Notes under the pieces: generated by a model
What the model saw: only the letters and a program-made list of their open reading frames with translations
Databases searched by the model: none
What the model was told of the DNA's origin: nothing
Program-made: the position numbers and the translations under genes
In this document: piece by piece, positions 1 to 10,785 of the stretch
How positions within the stretch are numbered: the first letter of the stretch is position 1
Layout: each line of letters opens with the position of its first letter
NCBI RefSeq assembly: GCF_006345805.1
Contig: NW_021827549.1
Location: forward strand, 1 to 27,965
Source: Octopus sinensis
Lineage: Eukaryota
Length of the DNA stretch: 27,965 nt
Direction: 5' to 3'

Positions 1-99
1 GACTACAACAAGACGACCAAAGATTTTTCTTTTTTTCAAGGTCTGGGGTCTCCCGCCCCTAAGCCCTAGTCCATCACCTAATCACCCTTACCCGTCTTG

Positions 100-560
100 T
101 TGCTTAACAGAAGCAGAAAGAATGCTGCTTTCCTGTCCTCGCCACAAGATTATTTCGGGAACGCTTGGCTATCGAAGTAAAGATGATCTTGTTGGGTTCG
201 CTCGGTGAATTCAAAGTTCTGGAATAGGAAGAGCAGTGAAAACGGTGCCTGCAAACCAGCAGTGGTTTTAAGCGTTGACTGTGGTCTGGAGACCAGATTT
301 CTTCAAGCATTTAGAAGCTATTTTGGAACCAGCAGCTCATTAGTGATGGTACAAAAAGAAGGACATCTTAGAGAAACGCTAGAATGTGCGAGAGAAGCCG
401 AAAGGAGAGTGAAAAGAATCGCAAAAGCTGACCGGAATTGCTAAAGTGCCATTGGCATCTTGGAGATCTGCATCATCGGAATGCGCAAGGATTGGCGGCG
501 GTTGTGTGGACGCTGGCGATCTGGAGCATCAGACATGGCATGAGGCTAGCTTTGGAGCCG
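100..560 (+). mobile_element. Possible degenerate gag-like relic of an LTR retrotransposon (Gypsy-like)
   Basis: Broken frames give KMILLGSLG, AFRSYFGTSSSLVMVQKEG and LRETLECAREAE, then two degenerate knuckle-like strings (KCHWHLGDLHH, CVDAGDLEH). The resemblance to Gypsy gag is by eye only. Confidence 0.25.
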
Positions 561-671
561 GAGGCAAACATATACGTGCGCGCGCGCACGTAGACGTAGA
601 CACATAGAAATAGAGAGAGTGAGACATTACACACGCATACAAGCATATCTGCTTTGACACGTCAAACAGGG

Positions 672-851
672 AAGGAGAGAGAGAAAGAGAGAGAGGGTGT
701 AGAGAGAAGGAGAGAGAGAAGGAGGGGGAGGAGGAGAGAGAGAGACAATACAAACGTAACTAGATGTTCACACGCACAGACAGAAAAGAATGAAAGAAAG
801 AAAGAGACAGACAAAACAGAGAAAGACAAAAGAAATACAAATGAAATACAA

Positions 852-903
<52 letters not shown>

Positions 904-905
904 AA
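672..905. repeat. Purine-rich (AG)n and (AAAG)n microsatellite block
   Basis: Direct reading; (AAAG)n at about 853-905. Confidence 0.9.
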
Positions 906-1223
906 AGAAAGACGGAAAGAAAGAGTGAAAAGGAGAAATTGAGAGCGTAACATTAAAAGCTCTTATGTCAAGCCAGTCAGCGCCGAAGTATCGACGCCAA
1001 ATGAGGGGCGCCAAAACGTCTCATGCTGTTGGATCGTCCAGATGATATCGAAACAGAGTTTTTAATAGATTAGCGAAAAGCGATACAAAAAGATTGCCAG
1101 GGTGGCTGACTGCACGGGTCACAAGTTTGCATTCGACAGTCAAACGAAGATATTCGATTACGGCCAACGAATTGTTATTCCCAGCGCGATAAGCTTACAG
1201 TGACAGAATTACTGAGGTGTTTC

Positions 1224-1314
1224 GGCGGCGAGTTGGCAGAAACGTTAGCACGCCGGGCGAAATGCTCAGCGGTGTATCGTCTGTCTTTACGCCCTAAGTT
1301 CAAATTCCGCCGAG
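1224..1314 (+). mobile_element. 5' head of a second tRNA-derived SINE family (truncated)
   Basis: GGCGGCGAGTTGGCAGAAACGTTAG...AGTTCAAATTCCGCCGAG with pol III A-box-like and B-box-like motifs; matches my recollection of an abundant octopus SINE head. Confidence 0.6.
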
Positions 1315-1315
1315 C

Positions 1316-1364
1316 TTCATGTGGTTGAGATGTATGCCTCTTACCACACAGCAACTCTTGCGCT
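1316..1364 (-). mobile_element. Head fragment of the main SINE family
   Basis: CATGTGGTTG and CTTACCACACAGCAACTCTTGCGC are reverse complements of the SINE head seen at 1443 and 21760. Confidence 0.5.
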
Positions 1365-1442
1365 TAATAATAGCAGATAATTAGAGTACAATCGATAAGA
1401 CTTAACAAAAAATTACAATTATTTTTTAAAAAATAAACAATA

Positions 1443-1611
1443 GGCGCAGGAGTGACTTTGTGGTAAGACATTCGCCTCCCAACCACATGGTTCCAGGTTC
1501 AGTCCCACTGCGTAACATCTTGGGTAAATGTTTTCTGTTATATCCTCAGGCTGTCCAAAGCCTTGTGAGTGGATTTGGTAGATGGAAACTGAAAGAAGCT
1601 CGTCGTATATA
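1443..1611 (+). mobile_element. Octopus-type tRNA-derived SINE, 5' half
   Basis: GGCGCAGGAGTG...GTGGTAAG (A-box-like), GGTTCAGTCCC (B-box-like), body AAAGCCTTGTGAGTGGATTTGGTAGATGGAAACTGAAAGAAGC shared with the other copies in the window. Confidence 0.85.
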
Positions 1612-1670
1612 CAGTTTTTCATCAGCTCTTCGTAAAACTGTTCGCAGGATGTTACGGATTTTCATCTGAC

Positions 1671-1829
1671 AAACTGCCGAACCTCGAGGCAGAGTGCAGC
1701 CAAAAGTCGATAACCTCTGCTGAGATACGGGAAGCAATAAATGATGGGGCGAAGGACAAATCGACTGGTTTCAATGCTCTGTTCTACGAACTTTACGTAT
1801 ACTTGCCAGATTTGTTTGATACGGAGTAA
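1671..1829 (+). mobile_element. L1/Tx1-like LINE ORF2 fragment (region just upstream of the RT domain)
   Basis: Translates to KLPNLEAECSQKSITSAEIREAINDGAKDKSTGFNALFYELYVYLPDLF*, resembling the ITxxEIxxAI...KSPGxDGLPxEFY motif of L1/Tx1 ORF2. Confidence 0.6.
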
Positions 1830-1974
1830 GGTAATGGTGCACGTCTCTTGATACAGACACCAGCAAAATGAGAACAGGTCCAGTAATGGAAGCCGCAGAG
1901 TTAAATACGTCAAGTGGTAATAGTTCATGCTGTGAGGTATTCAGGAACATTTTGTAAATGTTAAATAGACAGAC

Positions 1975-1976
1975 AT

Positions 1977-2058
<82 letters not shown>
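1975..2058. repeat. (GATA)n microsatellite
   Basis: Direct reading. Confidence 0.95.
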
Positions 2059-2060
<2 letters not shown>

Positions 2061-2330
2061 GTTTCTTTATTGGCCACACAGGGCTGCACACAGATGGGAC
2101 AAGTTACAAGGTAGAGCTTTTCTTTTGGGGGATGAAAAGAACAAAAAACAAAAGAAAGAAAAAAAAGGTGGCTTAGGTTTTCGATCAAAAGGGATCGTAA
2201 AAGGGAAAAAGAAGAAAAAAAAATTTAAAAAGAGGAAAAGGAAAAGGAACAAAAGAAAAGAGAAATGAAAAAAGAAGAGGAAAAAACGATCAATAGGGAT
2301 CGTGTATCACAGTGTTATGATATATGGTGT
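2059..2330 (-). mobile_element. 3' end of an unassigned non-LTR retroposon (AATAAA followed by a (TATC)n tail)
   Basis: The minus strand reads a T-rich UTR ...CAGCCCTGTGTGGCCAATAAAGAAACTT(ATCT)n; 78 nt are identical to the copy at 3806-3883. Confidence 0.55.
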
Positions 2331-2335
2331 AAAGG

Positions 2336-2435
<100 letters not shown>

Positions 2436-2779
2436 GTGAGAAATGTTCCATGTAGTAAACATTCAGACATTTGTGCAAATGGAAAATTCAAAATATTTCT
2501 TATTTTCAAAAGGAGAGGAAAGGATGAACTACGAAAGGCAAAAAGAAAAAAATATTTTATAAGAATTCTAAATCCGAAATAGTCAATAGGAAAAACAACT
2601 TCCAACATACGTTTTACACCCATAATACGTGTGTTTGAAAAAGCCGTAAACAGAGAAAGCTCTTGCTCAGAATACGAAAACTTCCTTTCAAGAAGATTCG
2701 TGTCATTCTGGTTTGTTTTTTTTCCTTTCTTTCAGATTTTTCTATGTTAATTAATAATCTTTAATTTAAGAAAATATTT

Positions 2780-2822
2780 CTACACACACACATACGCGCA
2801 CATACACATATATATGTATGTA

Positions 2823-2918
<96 letters not shown>
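2780..2918. repeat. Compound (CA)/(TA)/(TG) microsatellite
   Basis: Direct reading. Confidence 0.9.
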
Positions 2919-2919
<1 letters not shown>

Positions 2920-3281
2920 GTCCGAGTTATACTTTCAATCAGTGTAAAATAGTTTCATAACAGTTAGTTATGTTGAAATATTAATGCAATTTGCCATCAG
3001 AAAACATTTGTCATAACAAAATGATGTCTCGTCCTGTCGTGACATTTCACTCTCAACTCATTCATTACTCTTTGATGAAGTTTTCTACTTTGTTTCGGGT
3101 TACTTTCTAAGGTGAGGATTGCTAAAGGAATCGCTGGCCTTCTTTTATCTTCTCCTCCTATTACTCCTGCAACTCACCCTCCTCCTCCTTCGTCTTTATA
3201 GTTATTCATTTGTTTTACTTCGTTCCTTCTTTACTCTACGAACGTTATGATGGCCAGGTTTCGAGTCAATTAATCATAGCT

Positions 3282-3472
3282 ACTCTCTCTCTCTCTCTCT
3301 TTATCTCGCTCTCTCTCTCTCTCTCTCTCTCTTTTATTCTTCTTTCTCTCTCTCTCTCTCTCATTCTTTGTGGCTATCTTGTTTTTTCGCTCACAGTATT
3401 CCAGTCCTCTATTTCTATGTCTATCAATCATTCTATCTTTCTATCTATCTGTCTGTCTGCCTATCTATCTAC

Positions 3473-3550
<78 letters not shown>

Positions 3551-3676
3551 GACTGTCTATCTCTCTCTCTCACTCTCACTCTCTCTCTCTCTATCTGTCT
3601 ATCTATCTAACTGTCTATCTATCTATCTATCTATCTATCTAGCTAGCTAGCTATCTATCTATCTCTCTCTATCTAT

Positions 3677-3730
<54 letters not shown>
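3282..3730. repeat. (CT)n then compound (TATC)n microsatellites
   Basis: Direct reading. Confidence 0.9.
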
Positions 3731-3736
<6 letters not shown>

Positions 3737-3784
3737 TTATTCTTTTTTTTATTTTATTTATTTATTTATTTATTATTATTATTT

Positions 3785-3882
3785 TTTCTTTTGTTTTTTG
3801 TTTTCTTCATCCCCCAAAAGAAAAGCTCTACCTTGTAACTTGTCCCATCTGTGTGCAGCCCTGTGTGGCCAATAAAGAAACT

Positions 3883-3883
<1 letters not shown>
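3785..3883 (+). mobile_element. Second copy of the unassigned retroposon 3' end
   Basis: TTCATCCCCCAAAAG...GGCCAATAAAGAAACTT followed by (TATC)n; inverted relative to 2059-2136. Confidence 0.55.
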
Positions 3884-3931
<48 letters not shown>

Positions 3932-3939
3932 AATCATTA

Positions 3940-4004
<65 letters not shown>

Positions 4005-4005
4005 G

Positions 4006-4043
<38 letters not shown>

Positions 4044-4060
4044 CCTGTCTGTCTGCTCAT
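3884..4060. repeat. (TATC)n/(TGTC)n microsatellite
   Basis: Direct reading. Confidence 0.9.
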
Positions 4061-4420
4061 CTTTAAATCTGATTTTTCTTTAAATCTATTCCTTTCTGTG
4101 TCTTTCTATCCGTCAACGTATATGTGTGTATCTGTTTCTATAGATGCCAATTGATCTCTCTCTCTCGCCTCTTCTCTTTCCTTCTCCCTCTCCTTCTCTC
4201 TCTCTCTCTCTCTCACTCTCTCACTCTCTCTCTCTTTCTCTATCTTTGACCATCTTTCTCATGTTTTCCCCGCAATATAGATACAGACGTCCTCTGATTC
4301 TCTATGTATCTAGCTAGCTAACTATTCATCCATCTATGTATCTTCCTAACTACCATTCTATCTAGCTACCTCTCTATCTGCCCATCTATCTAGCTATATA
4401 CCTATCTCTATATCAAATAT

Positions 4421-4522
4421 GAAGAAGAAGAAGAAGAAGAAGAAGAAGAAGAAGAAGAAGAAGAAGAAGAAGAAGAAGAAGAAGAAGAAGAAGAAGAAGA
4501 AGAAGAAGAAGAAGAAGAAGAA
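4421..4522. repeat. Perfect (GAA)34 tract
   Basis: Direct reading, 102 nt. Confidence 0.95.
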
Positions 4523-5467
4523 ACAAAAGCAATAAAACTAATGAAATCCAAACTAAAACTAGAACAGCAACGGACCTTGACAAAACGATGGCAAGAAAAG
4601 CCCCTTCATATCAAATACTGGGCTAAACTAAATGCAAAAGAGATAGACAAAGAAAAATCCCAGCAATGGTTGAGAAGCTCAGGACTCAAAGCAGAAACAG
4701 AGGGATTTTTAATTGCAGCACAAGACCAAAGCCTCCCCACCAGAAATTACCAAAAACATATAACGAAAAGAAACATAACAAGTAACTGCAGAATATGTGG
4801 AGATGGACAAGAAACAATAAATCATATTATCTCTGGCTGCCCAGTCCTGGTTTAGAAGGAATATATTCACAGACACGACAGAGTTGGGACCTACATACAT
4901 TTGAAGCTATGCCAACATTATGGAATAACACCAGAAAAAAGATGGTATAGGCACACACCAGAAAAGGTCACAGAAAACGAGAAAGCAACCATACTCTGGG
5001 ATATGCCGATACACACAGATAGAAAAATTAAGGCCAACAGACCAGATATAGTTGTCAAAGATCATGAAGAAAAAAAAATGCTTTCTAATTGATGTATCAA
5101 TACCGGCGAATGACAACGTGTCTCTAAAAGAAATGGAGAAACTCTCAAAATACAAAGACCTGGAAATAGAGGTAACCAGAATGTGGAATCTAAAAACAGA
5201 AACAATTCCTGTCATAGTAGGTGCATTAGGTACGATAAAAAAATATTCAGACAAATACATAACAAAAACACCAGGACTTACAAACACATATAACATACAG
5301 AAAATTGCACTACTAGGCACTGCACACATCCTACGCAGAACACTTTCAATACAGTAACCATCAGAGCATCACAACAAATCACAACACGTACCCAAGGCAC
5401 ACAGAACTGCGCTTGGTAGTAAAGTGAAAGCATGTTATAAAAATAAAACTACTGAATAATAATAATA
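4523..5467 (+). mobile_element. 5'-truncated R4/Dong-clade non-LTR retrotransposon: CCHC zinc knuckle, RLE domain, 3'UTR and (AAT)n tail
   Basis: CRICGDGQETINHIISGC (CCHC), RHDRVG, NRPDIVV...LIDVSIP...EKLSKYKDL (PD-(D/E)xK-type RLE), GTAHILRRTL*. One in-frame stop (4853-4855) and one extra A in the A-run at 5070-5078. Ends in AATAATAATAAT. Confidence 0.9.
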
Positions 5468-5476
5468 ACAACAACA

Positions 5477-5660
5477 GACATCGAAAAATACCTTAGGAAT
5501 GAGAACCCAGGTTCGAAATTTCCCCAAGACACCTGATGAAGACTGGAGGGTATATCAGCCGAAACGTTGTGTTAACAACAAACAAGATGAGGACAAATAT
5601 CCGTCAAATGTAAATAATGTAAATAATGTACATAAATCCTCATCAATTAAATATAGAACT
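5477..5660 (+). mobile_element. Penelope-like-element-type terminal repeat fragment carrying a hammerhead motif
   Basis: Contains CTGATGAA-stem-loop-GAAACGTT, the signature of PLE pseudo-LTRs. Boundaries are estimated. Confidence 0.55.
5528..5573 (+). ncRNA. Minimal type I hammerhead ribozyme motif (dimer type)
   Basis: Stem I GACAC/GUGUU; core CUGAUGA (5533-5539) plus an extra A; stem II GACUG/CAGCC (one mismatch); GAAA; palindromic stem III ACGU; cleavage triplet GUU (5566-5568). Confidence 0.7.
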
Positions 5661-5865
5661 GGAGAAAAGGAAGTTAACAATTATTTATTATTAACAAATT
5701 GGTCATCTTCGCTTCTTACGGCCGTTTCAATTAATACTCAATAATTTAATTACAAATTTGTACATTAAATTTGCATTTATGTTACATGAGCATAATTTCA
5801 TCAGAGAAAAACGACGTACCTTGAGACGTCATATGCGAACCATTGTCAATTCATTTCAGCAGACT

Positions 5866-5866
5866 C

Positions 5867-5955
<89 letters not shown>

Positions 5956-6014
5956 TGTGTATGTATGTATGTATGTATGTATGTATGTATGTATGTATGT
6001 ATGTATGTATGTAT
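5866..6014. repeat. Compound (TA)/(TG)/(TATG) microsatellite
   Basis: Direct reading. Confidence 0.95.
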
Positions 6015-6020
6015 AGATGT

Positions 6021-6224
6021 ATTCTTTTATTCTCTTACTTGCTTCAGTCATTTGACAGCGACCACAACTGGAGCAACCACCTTTAGTCGAACTAATCGAA
6101 CACGTAATTTTATCTTGGTCAGCCTAGTACTATTCAATCATTTCATAGCCGAACTATAAGTTACATAATATATATAAACATAACCAACATATATATATCA
6201 TATATATAATGAGGATATATATAT

Positions 6225-6255
<31 letters not shown>

Positions 6256-6439
6256 TATATACATATATATATATACATATATATGACAGGTCTCTTTTAG
6301 TTTCCGTCTACCAAGTCCACTCACAAGGCTTTAGTTTGCCCGAGGCTATAGAAGACACTTGCCCAAGGTACCATGCAGGAACTGAACCCGGAACCATTTG
6401 GTTGGGAAGTAACCTTATTACCACACAGTCACGCCAGCA

Positions 6440-6441
<2 letters not shown>
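6021..6441 (-). mobile_element. Near full-length diverged copy of the main SINE with an internal (TA)n
   Basis: Reverse complement of the head (ACCACACAGTCACGCCAGCACC), body and 3' tail (CAGTCATTTGAC...CTTTTATT). Confidence 0.85.
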
Positions 6442-6491
<50 letters not shown>

Positions 6492-6509
6492 CATGTGTGT
6501 GTGAGAGTT

Positions 6510-6546
<37 letters not shown>

Positions 6547-6840
6547 GAGTGTGTGTGTGGTGTGTGTGTGTGTGTGCGTGTGACGTGTGTGTGTGTGGTG
6601 TGTGTGTGTGCATGAGGTTACATAGATACAACCACACAAACGCATACAGAATATTGTTAAATAATAGCACACACACACAGACATGTATATATTCACTTTT
6701 GTACTGACGCATACATATAAGACACACTCACATATATACATACATATACATATACATATATATATATATATATTATATATATTATATATAAGATATATAT
6801 ATATATGCAAACACAAGCACGTAGAAGTATACACATACAT
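6442..6840. repeat. Compound (TA)/(TG)/(CA) microsatellites
   Basis: Direct reading. Confidence 0.85.
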
Positions 6841-6879
6841 AAACATCCGATAACACATTTGTGATTGGCCCTCCACCGC

Positions 6880-8290
6880 TACATACAACACCACTGCTAC
6901 TGCAGCACACACTACCACCGCCACTATATTCACGCTACTATCACCACTCCAGACACTGCCTCCGCCACTGTGTTTGCCAATAATCCTGTCACCATGTCAC
7001 TCTGTCACATAGGAAATACATGCCAGCATCATTTATAGCAACACCCCCACCATTTCATCACGACTACTACCACCACCACCATCAACAACAACAACAACAA
7101 CATCACTGTAACCACTACCACCATCGCCACCACTACTACCACGACCACCAACTCCACCACCATTACCACCACCACCATCGCCACCACCACCAACTCCACC
7201 ACCACTACCACCACCACCATCGCTACCACCACTGTCACCACCAGCTCCACCACTACCAACTCCACCACCACCAACTCTACCACCATTACCACCATCACCA
7301 TACAGCTACCACCACCATATCTCCATCTCACTCACCATCACCACCAAGAACCACTATCACCACCACCATCACCATACAACTTCCACCACCACTACCACCA
7401 TTACCAACACCACCAACACCACCAATACCACCATCATCACCCCCACCGCCACTATCACCTCCACCTCCACCACCACCACCACCATCAACATCATCATCGC
7501 CCCCCTCTCTGCCAGCACCTCGTCTAATACACGACACCTACTCGCACTACCACCACCGCCATCCAACCATCGATCTCTAACGTATTACCGCCATTTTCTC
7601 TGACCACTGCAAAAAATCGAAACCTGCGCTGTTATCAATGTCCAACATCCTTGTAAGACGCGTGTTAGCCATTCAGAACACGTGCCTCTGCCCCTACCCC
7701 CACCACAACCTCTACACCACTGGCAACACTAATACTACAGCAGAAACAACCATCAACACCACCACGACTACCACCACCACCACCCCAACATCCATCACCT
7801 TCACATCACATCAGCAGCACCACTACAGCCAACACTACAACACAACCATTAAACAACCACAGACAACAACCAATACTAACTACCACCATCAACGCCAAAA
7901 GCAACATCATTACCCCTCTCCACGACCTCACTACCACCACCACCACCGCCACTACCACCACTACAACCACCTGCAACACTACCACTACCAACACCACTAC
8001 CATCATCACCACCACCACTACCGCCATCGCCATTAATAGCGCCACCACCACCACCACCACTCCGTCAACACGAACACCACCAAATGCTACCACATTGACA
8101 CACTACAACCACACCATACTTTCCGGCACCGACATCTAGGTGAATATTCCATTTATGATCACCAAATCTTTAACACCCGCACCATCGCCATCAACACCAA
8201 CATCATTATGCCACCGCCACCACTATTAGTATAGCACCACCAACATCAACAATAACACCAGCACCATGATCACCACAATCACCAACAACA
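6880..8290. repeat. Degenerate (CAC/CAA/CAT/TAC) trinucleotide low-complexity region
   Basis: Direct reading; it produces the His-, Pro- and Thr-rich pseudo-ORFs in the track. Confidence 0.85.
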
Positions 8291-8499
8291 TCAGTAGGCT
8301 CATTATTGTATATCTGGGTTTAATGCGGAAGTTACGCTTGTGATTCTTAACAGTGAAGTAGGTCTCTCGTTTGGTATTCCATGTTTTATACAGTCTTACT
8401 TATTTCCAAGTTTAGTTATAGATTAATAAACCTTGCTAAAACAGAAACAGGACAAATTAGCAAAAACAATCTATGTAATAATTGTCGATATAAATGTTG

Positions 8500-8685
8500 A
8501 TTGCTTGCTTGCTTGCTTGCTTGCTTGGCTGTTTGGTTGGTTGGTTGCTTGCTTGCTTGATTACTTGGCTATTGGGTGGTTGGTTGCTTGCTTGCTTGGT
8601 TGCTTGCTTGGCTGTTTGGTTGGTTGGTCGGTTGCTTGCTTGCTTGGCTGCTTGGTTGGTTGGCTGACTAACTGGCTGGTTGCAA
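8500..8685. repeat. (TTGC)/(TTGG) tetranucleotide microsatellite
   Basis: Direct reading. Confidence 0.9.
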
Positions 8686-8689
8686 AGTA

Positions 8690-10210
8690 AATGTCACAGG
8701 ATTTTCTATGAAGAATAAACACAAAATTGTGTCTCCCAATTTGGATTCTACAATGAGACCTGTACCTCACAATGGAAGACTGCCAATTCCAGTTCCACCA
8801 GATGATGGCATTGAAACATTAGATGATGATGCTGACTGCCACGATAGTGCTGATGACGATAGCTTTGAACCTCAGAAATTTTCCCAAGTTGAACTGAATG
8901 ACCTTATCAGAGACCTATCCTTCTCAAAAGACAAAGCAGAACTTTTGGCATCAAGACTCACGGAGAAGTACCTGCTAGAGCACGGTGTTCGTATAACTTA
9001 TTTTCAGCTGAGAAATGTGGTTCTACAAACGTGTTTTTTCTGTTGAAGGCCTGCTTTGCTTTTGCAATAACATCGATGGACTTTTCGAATCTTTATCACA
9101 AAATCATATGGAACTTTTACTTCATGTCATTGCCTATGAAAGATACTCGTGGAAAATATGTGGAAATTTGAAACTAATTGGAATGTTAATGGGAATGCAG
9201 TCAGGTTTCACAAAATATTGCTGTTTCTTGTGTATATGGGATAGTCGGGCAAATGACAGACATTATTTGAAATCAAACTGGCAGACAAGAACATCATAGC
9301 AGCCAGGACAGTCTAGGATCAAAATTACACCTCTTGCAGATCCATGTAATGTCCTATTGCCTCCTTTGCACATAAAACCTGGACTGATGAAAATCTTTGT
9401 AAAGACACCAGGGAAGAGAAATGCCAGAGCGTTTGAATATATTGTAGAAATGTTTCCTAAAATCACAGCCGAATTTGAAAGAGGGTATCTTTGTCGGACC
9501 CCAAATTAGAGAAGTACTCAAAGATGTCAACTTCAAGACAACACTGGAAGAACTGGAACTGCTTACCTGGAATGCTTTCAATTGGATCTGTGAGAATTTC
9601 TTGGACAGCAAAAAGGCAATGGACTACAAGAATTGCATCAAGAATCTTCTGAAATGTTACTCAGCAATGGGTTGTCACATGTCACTGAAAGTTCACTTCT
9701 TGAACTCCTATCTGGATTTATTCGCGGATAACCTTGGAGCAATGTCTGATGAACATGGTGAAAGATTTCACCAGGACATTAGTGCTATGGAGAAACGGCG
9801 CCAAGGCTTCTTGAATGACAGTATGCTGGTTGACTACTGCTGGACACTTTACCGTGATCAACCAGATCAGTAACCCTGCAGGAACTCCAAATCCCAATGT
9901 TTCTAACTCTGTTGTTCTAACCTTGTCTGTTTTGTCTGAACTATCCTTTGTGTATTCTCTCTTTGTAGAATGAGAGTGATGATTTTTAACTCAATAAACT
10001 CATTTACTTCCTAAATATAATATGTCCTTATTTATTACGTTAATGATTTCATATATACAAATATGTAAATATTTCCATGTATCCACTGAAAAACTGATAC
10101 GTGCTGCATACAAATGAAGTGACATTTTGAAATGAGCATAAAAAAATTAGTCTTAAAAACTTGGTTTACATTTCTAATGAGTAGAATACATTCAAATTTC
10201 TTGACCGGTG
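8690..10210 (+). mobile_element. Decayed Chapaev3-type (CMC superfamily) DNA transposon: transposase pseudogene and right end
   Basis: Joined frames give ELNDLIRDLSFSKDKAELLASRL, WKICGNLKLIGMLMG, KYCCFLCIWDSR (C2C), LLPPLHIK (LH), KEGIFVGPQIR, SLKVHFLNSYL (degenerate H-motif), SDEHGERFHQDI and MLVDYCWTL. Contains stops and frameshifts. The 3' flank ends ...TTGACCGGTG, like CMC termini (CAC...GTG). Left end not found. Confidence 0.75.
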
Positions 10211-10459
10211 TTATTAGTTTTAATGGGATATCTTTGATCTTGGGTTTCAATAAAAATAGCAAAACCTTTGTAGACAGTTCTGTCAAGAAGTTTCTACCGC
10301 ATTTTAAGATTACCTGGTTGATTTCTAGTGGTTTGGTAAATGGCCTTCATTCCAGGCTGTACACAGCAATGATCTTACTAACATTTCTTTTCGGCAGCAC
10401 ATAGAGCACAGTGGAACCGCGAAACAGTCGACTCCATCAGGGATTATTGAAGTCAGAAA

Positions 10460-10730
10460 AATTCCAAGATCCTTATGAATGTTTTTATCGATAAATAGAG
10501 TCTTATCAAGTTTTAATAAAGAGACCTTTTGTCTACAATTGTCAATAGACAAATACTTACTAGTATTAGTCATTAAATACATCCTTACCAACATTTACCG
10601 ATAAATAGATCTTTCCCAATATTTTTCAATAAATAGATCCTTCCCAATATTTCTCACTAAGTACATCCTTACCAATATTGGTCATTACATGGATCCTTAC
10701 CAATTAGTGTTGATATATAGATCCTTACAG
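10460..10730. repeat. Degenerate ~28-bp minisatellite (about 6-9 units)
   Basis: Units such as ATAAATAGATCTTTCCCAATATTTTTCA / ATAAATAGATCCTTCCCAATATTTCTCA / CTAAGTACATCCTTACCAATATTGGTCA. Confidence 0.7.
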
Positions 10731-10734
10731 TTCT

Positions 10735-10783
<49 letters not shown>
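10735..10783. repeat. (TC)n microsatellite
   Basis: Direct reading. Confidence 0.95.

Positions 10784-10785
<2 letters not shown>

Noticed and set aside
85-175. Possible short minus-strand exon (AG acceptor near 174, GTAAGG donor near 95)
   Set aside because: A short peptide with no recognisable homology and no partner exons; such sites occur by chance.
1224-1314. tRNA gene
   Set aside because: It has A/B-box-like motifs but no cloverleaf; this is a SINE head. The same applies to the other SINE heads.
2711-2735. Strong polypyrimidine tract plus CAG splice-acceptor-like site
   Set aside because: Followed immediately by AT-rich sequence with stops and no plausible donor; no exon can be supported.
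7020-8036. His-, Pro- and Thr-rich ORFs resembling extensin, mucin or histidine-rich proteins
   Set aside because: Degenerate CAC/CAA microsatellite; several overlapping frames are equally open.
10460-10730. CRISPR-like periodic repeat
   Set aside because: Units are contiguous and degenerate with no unique spacers, the context is eukaryotic and there are no cas genes.
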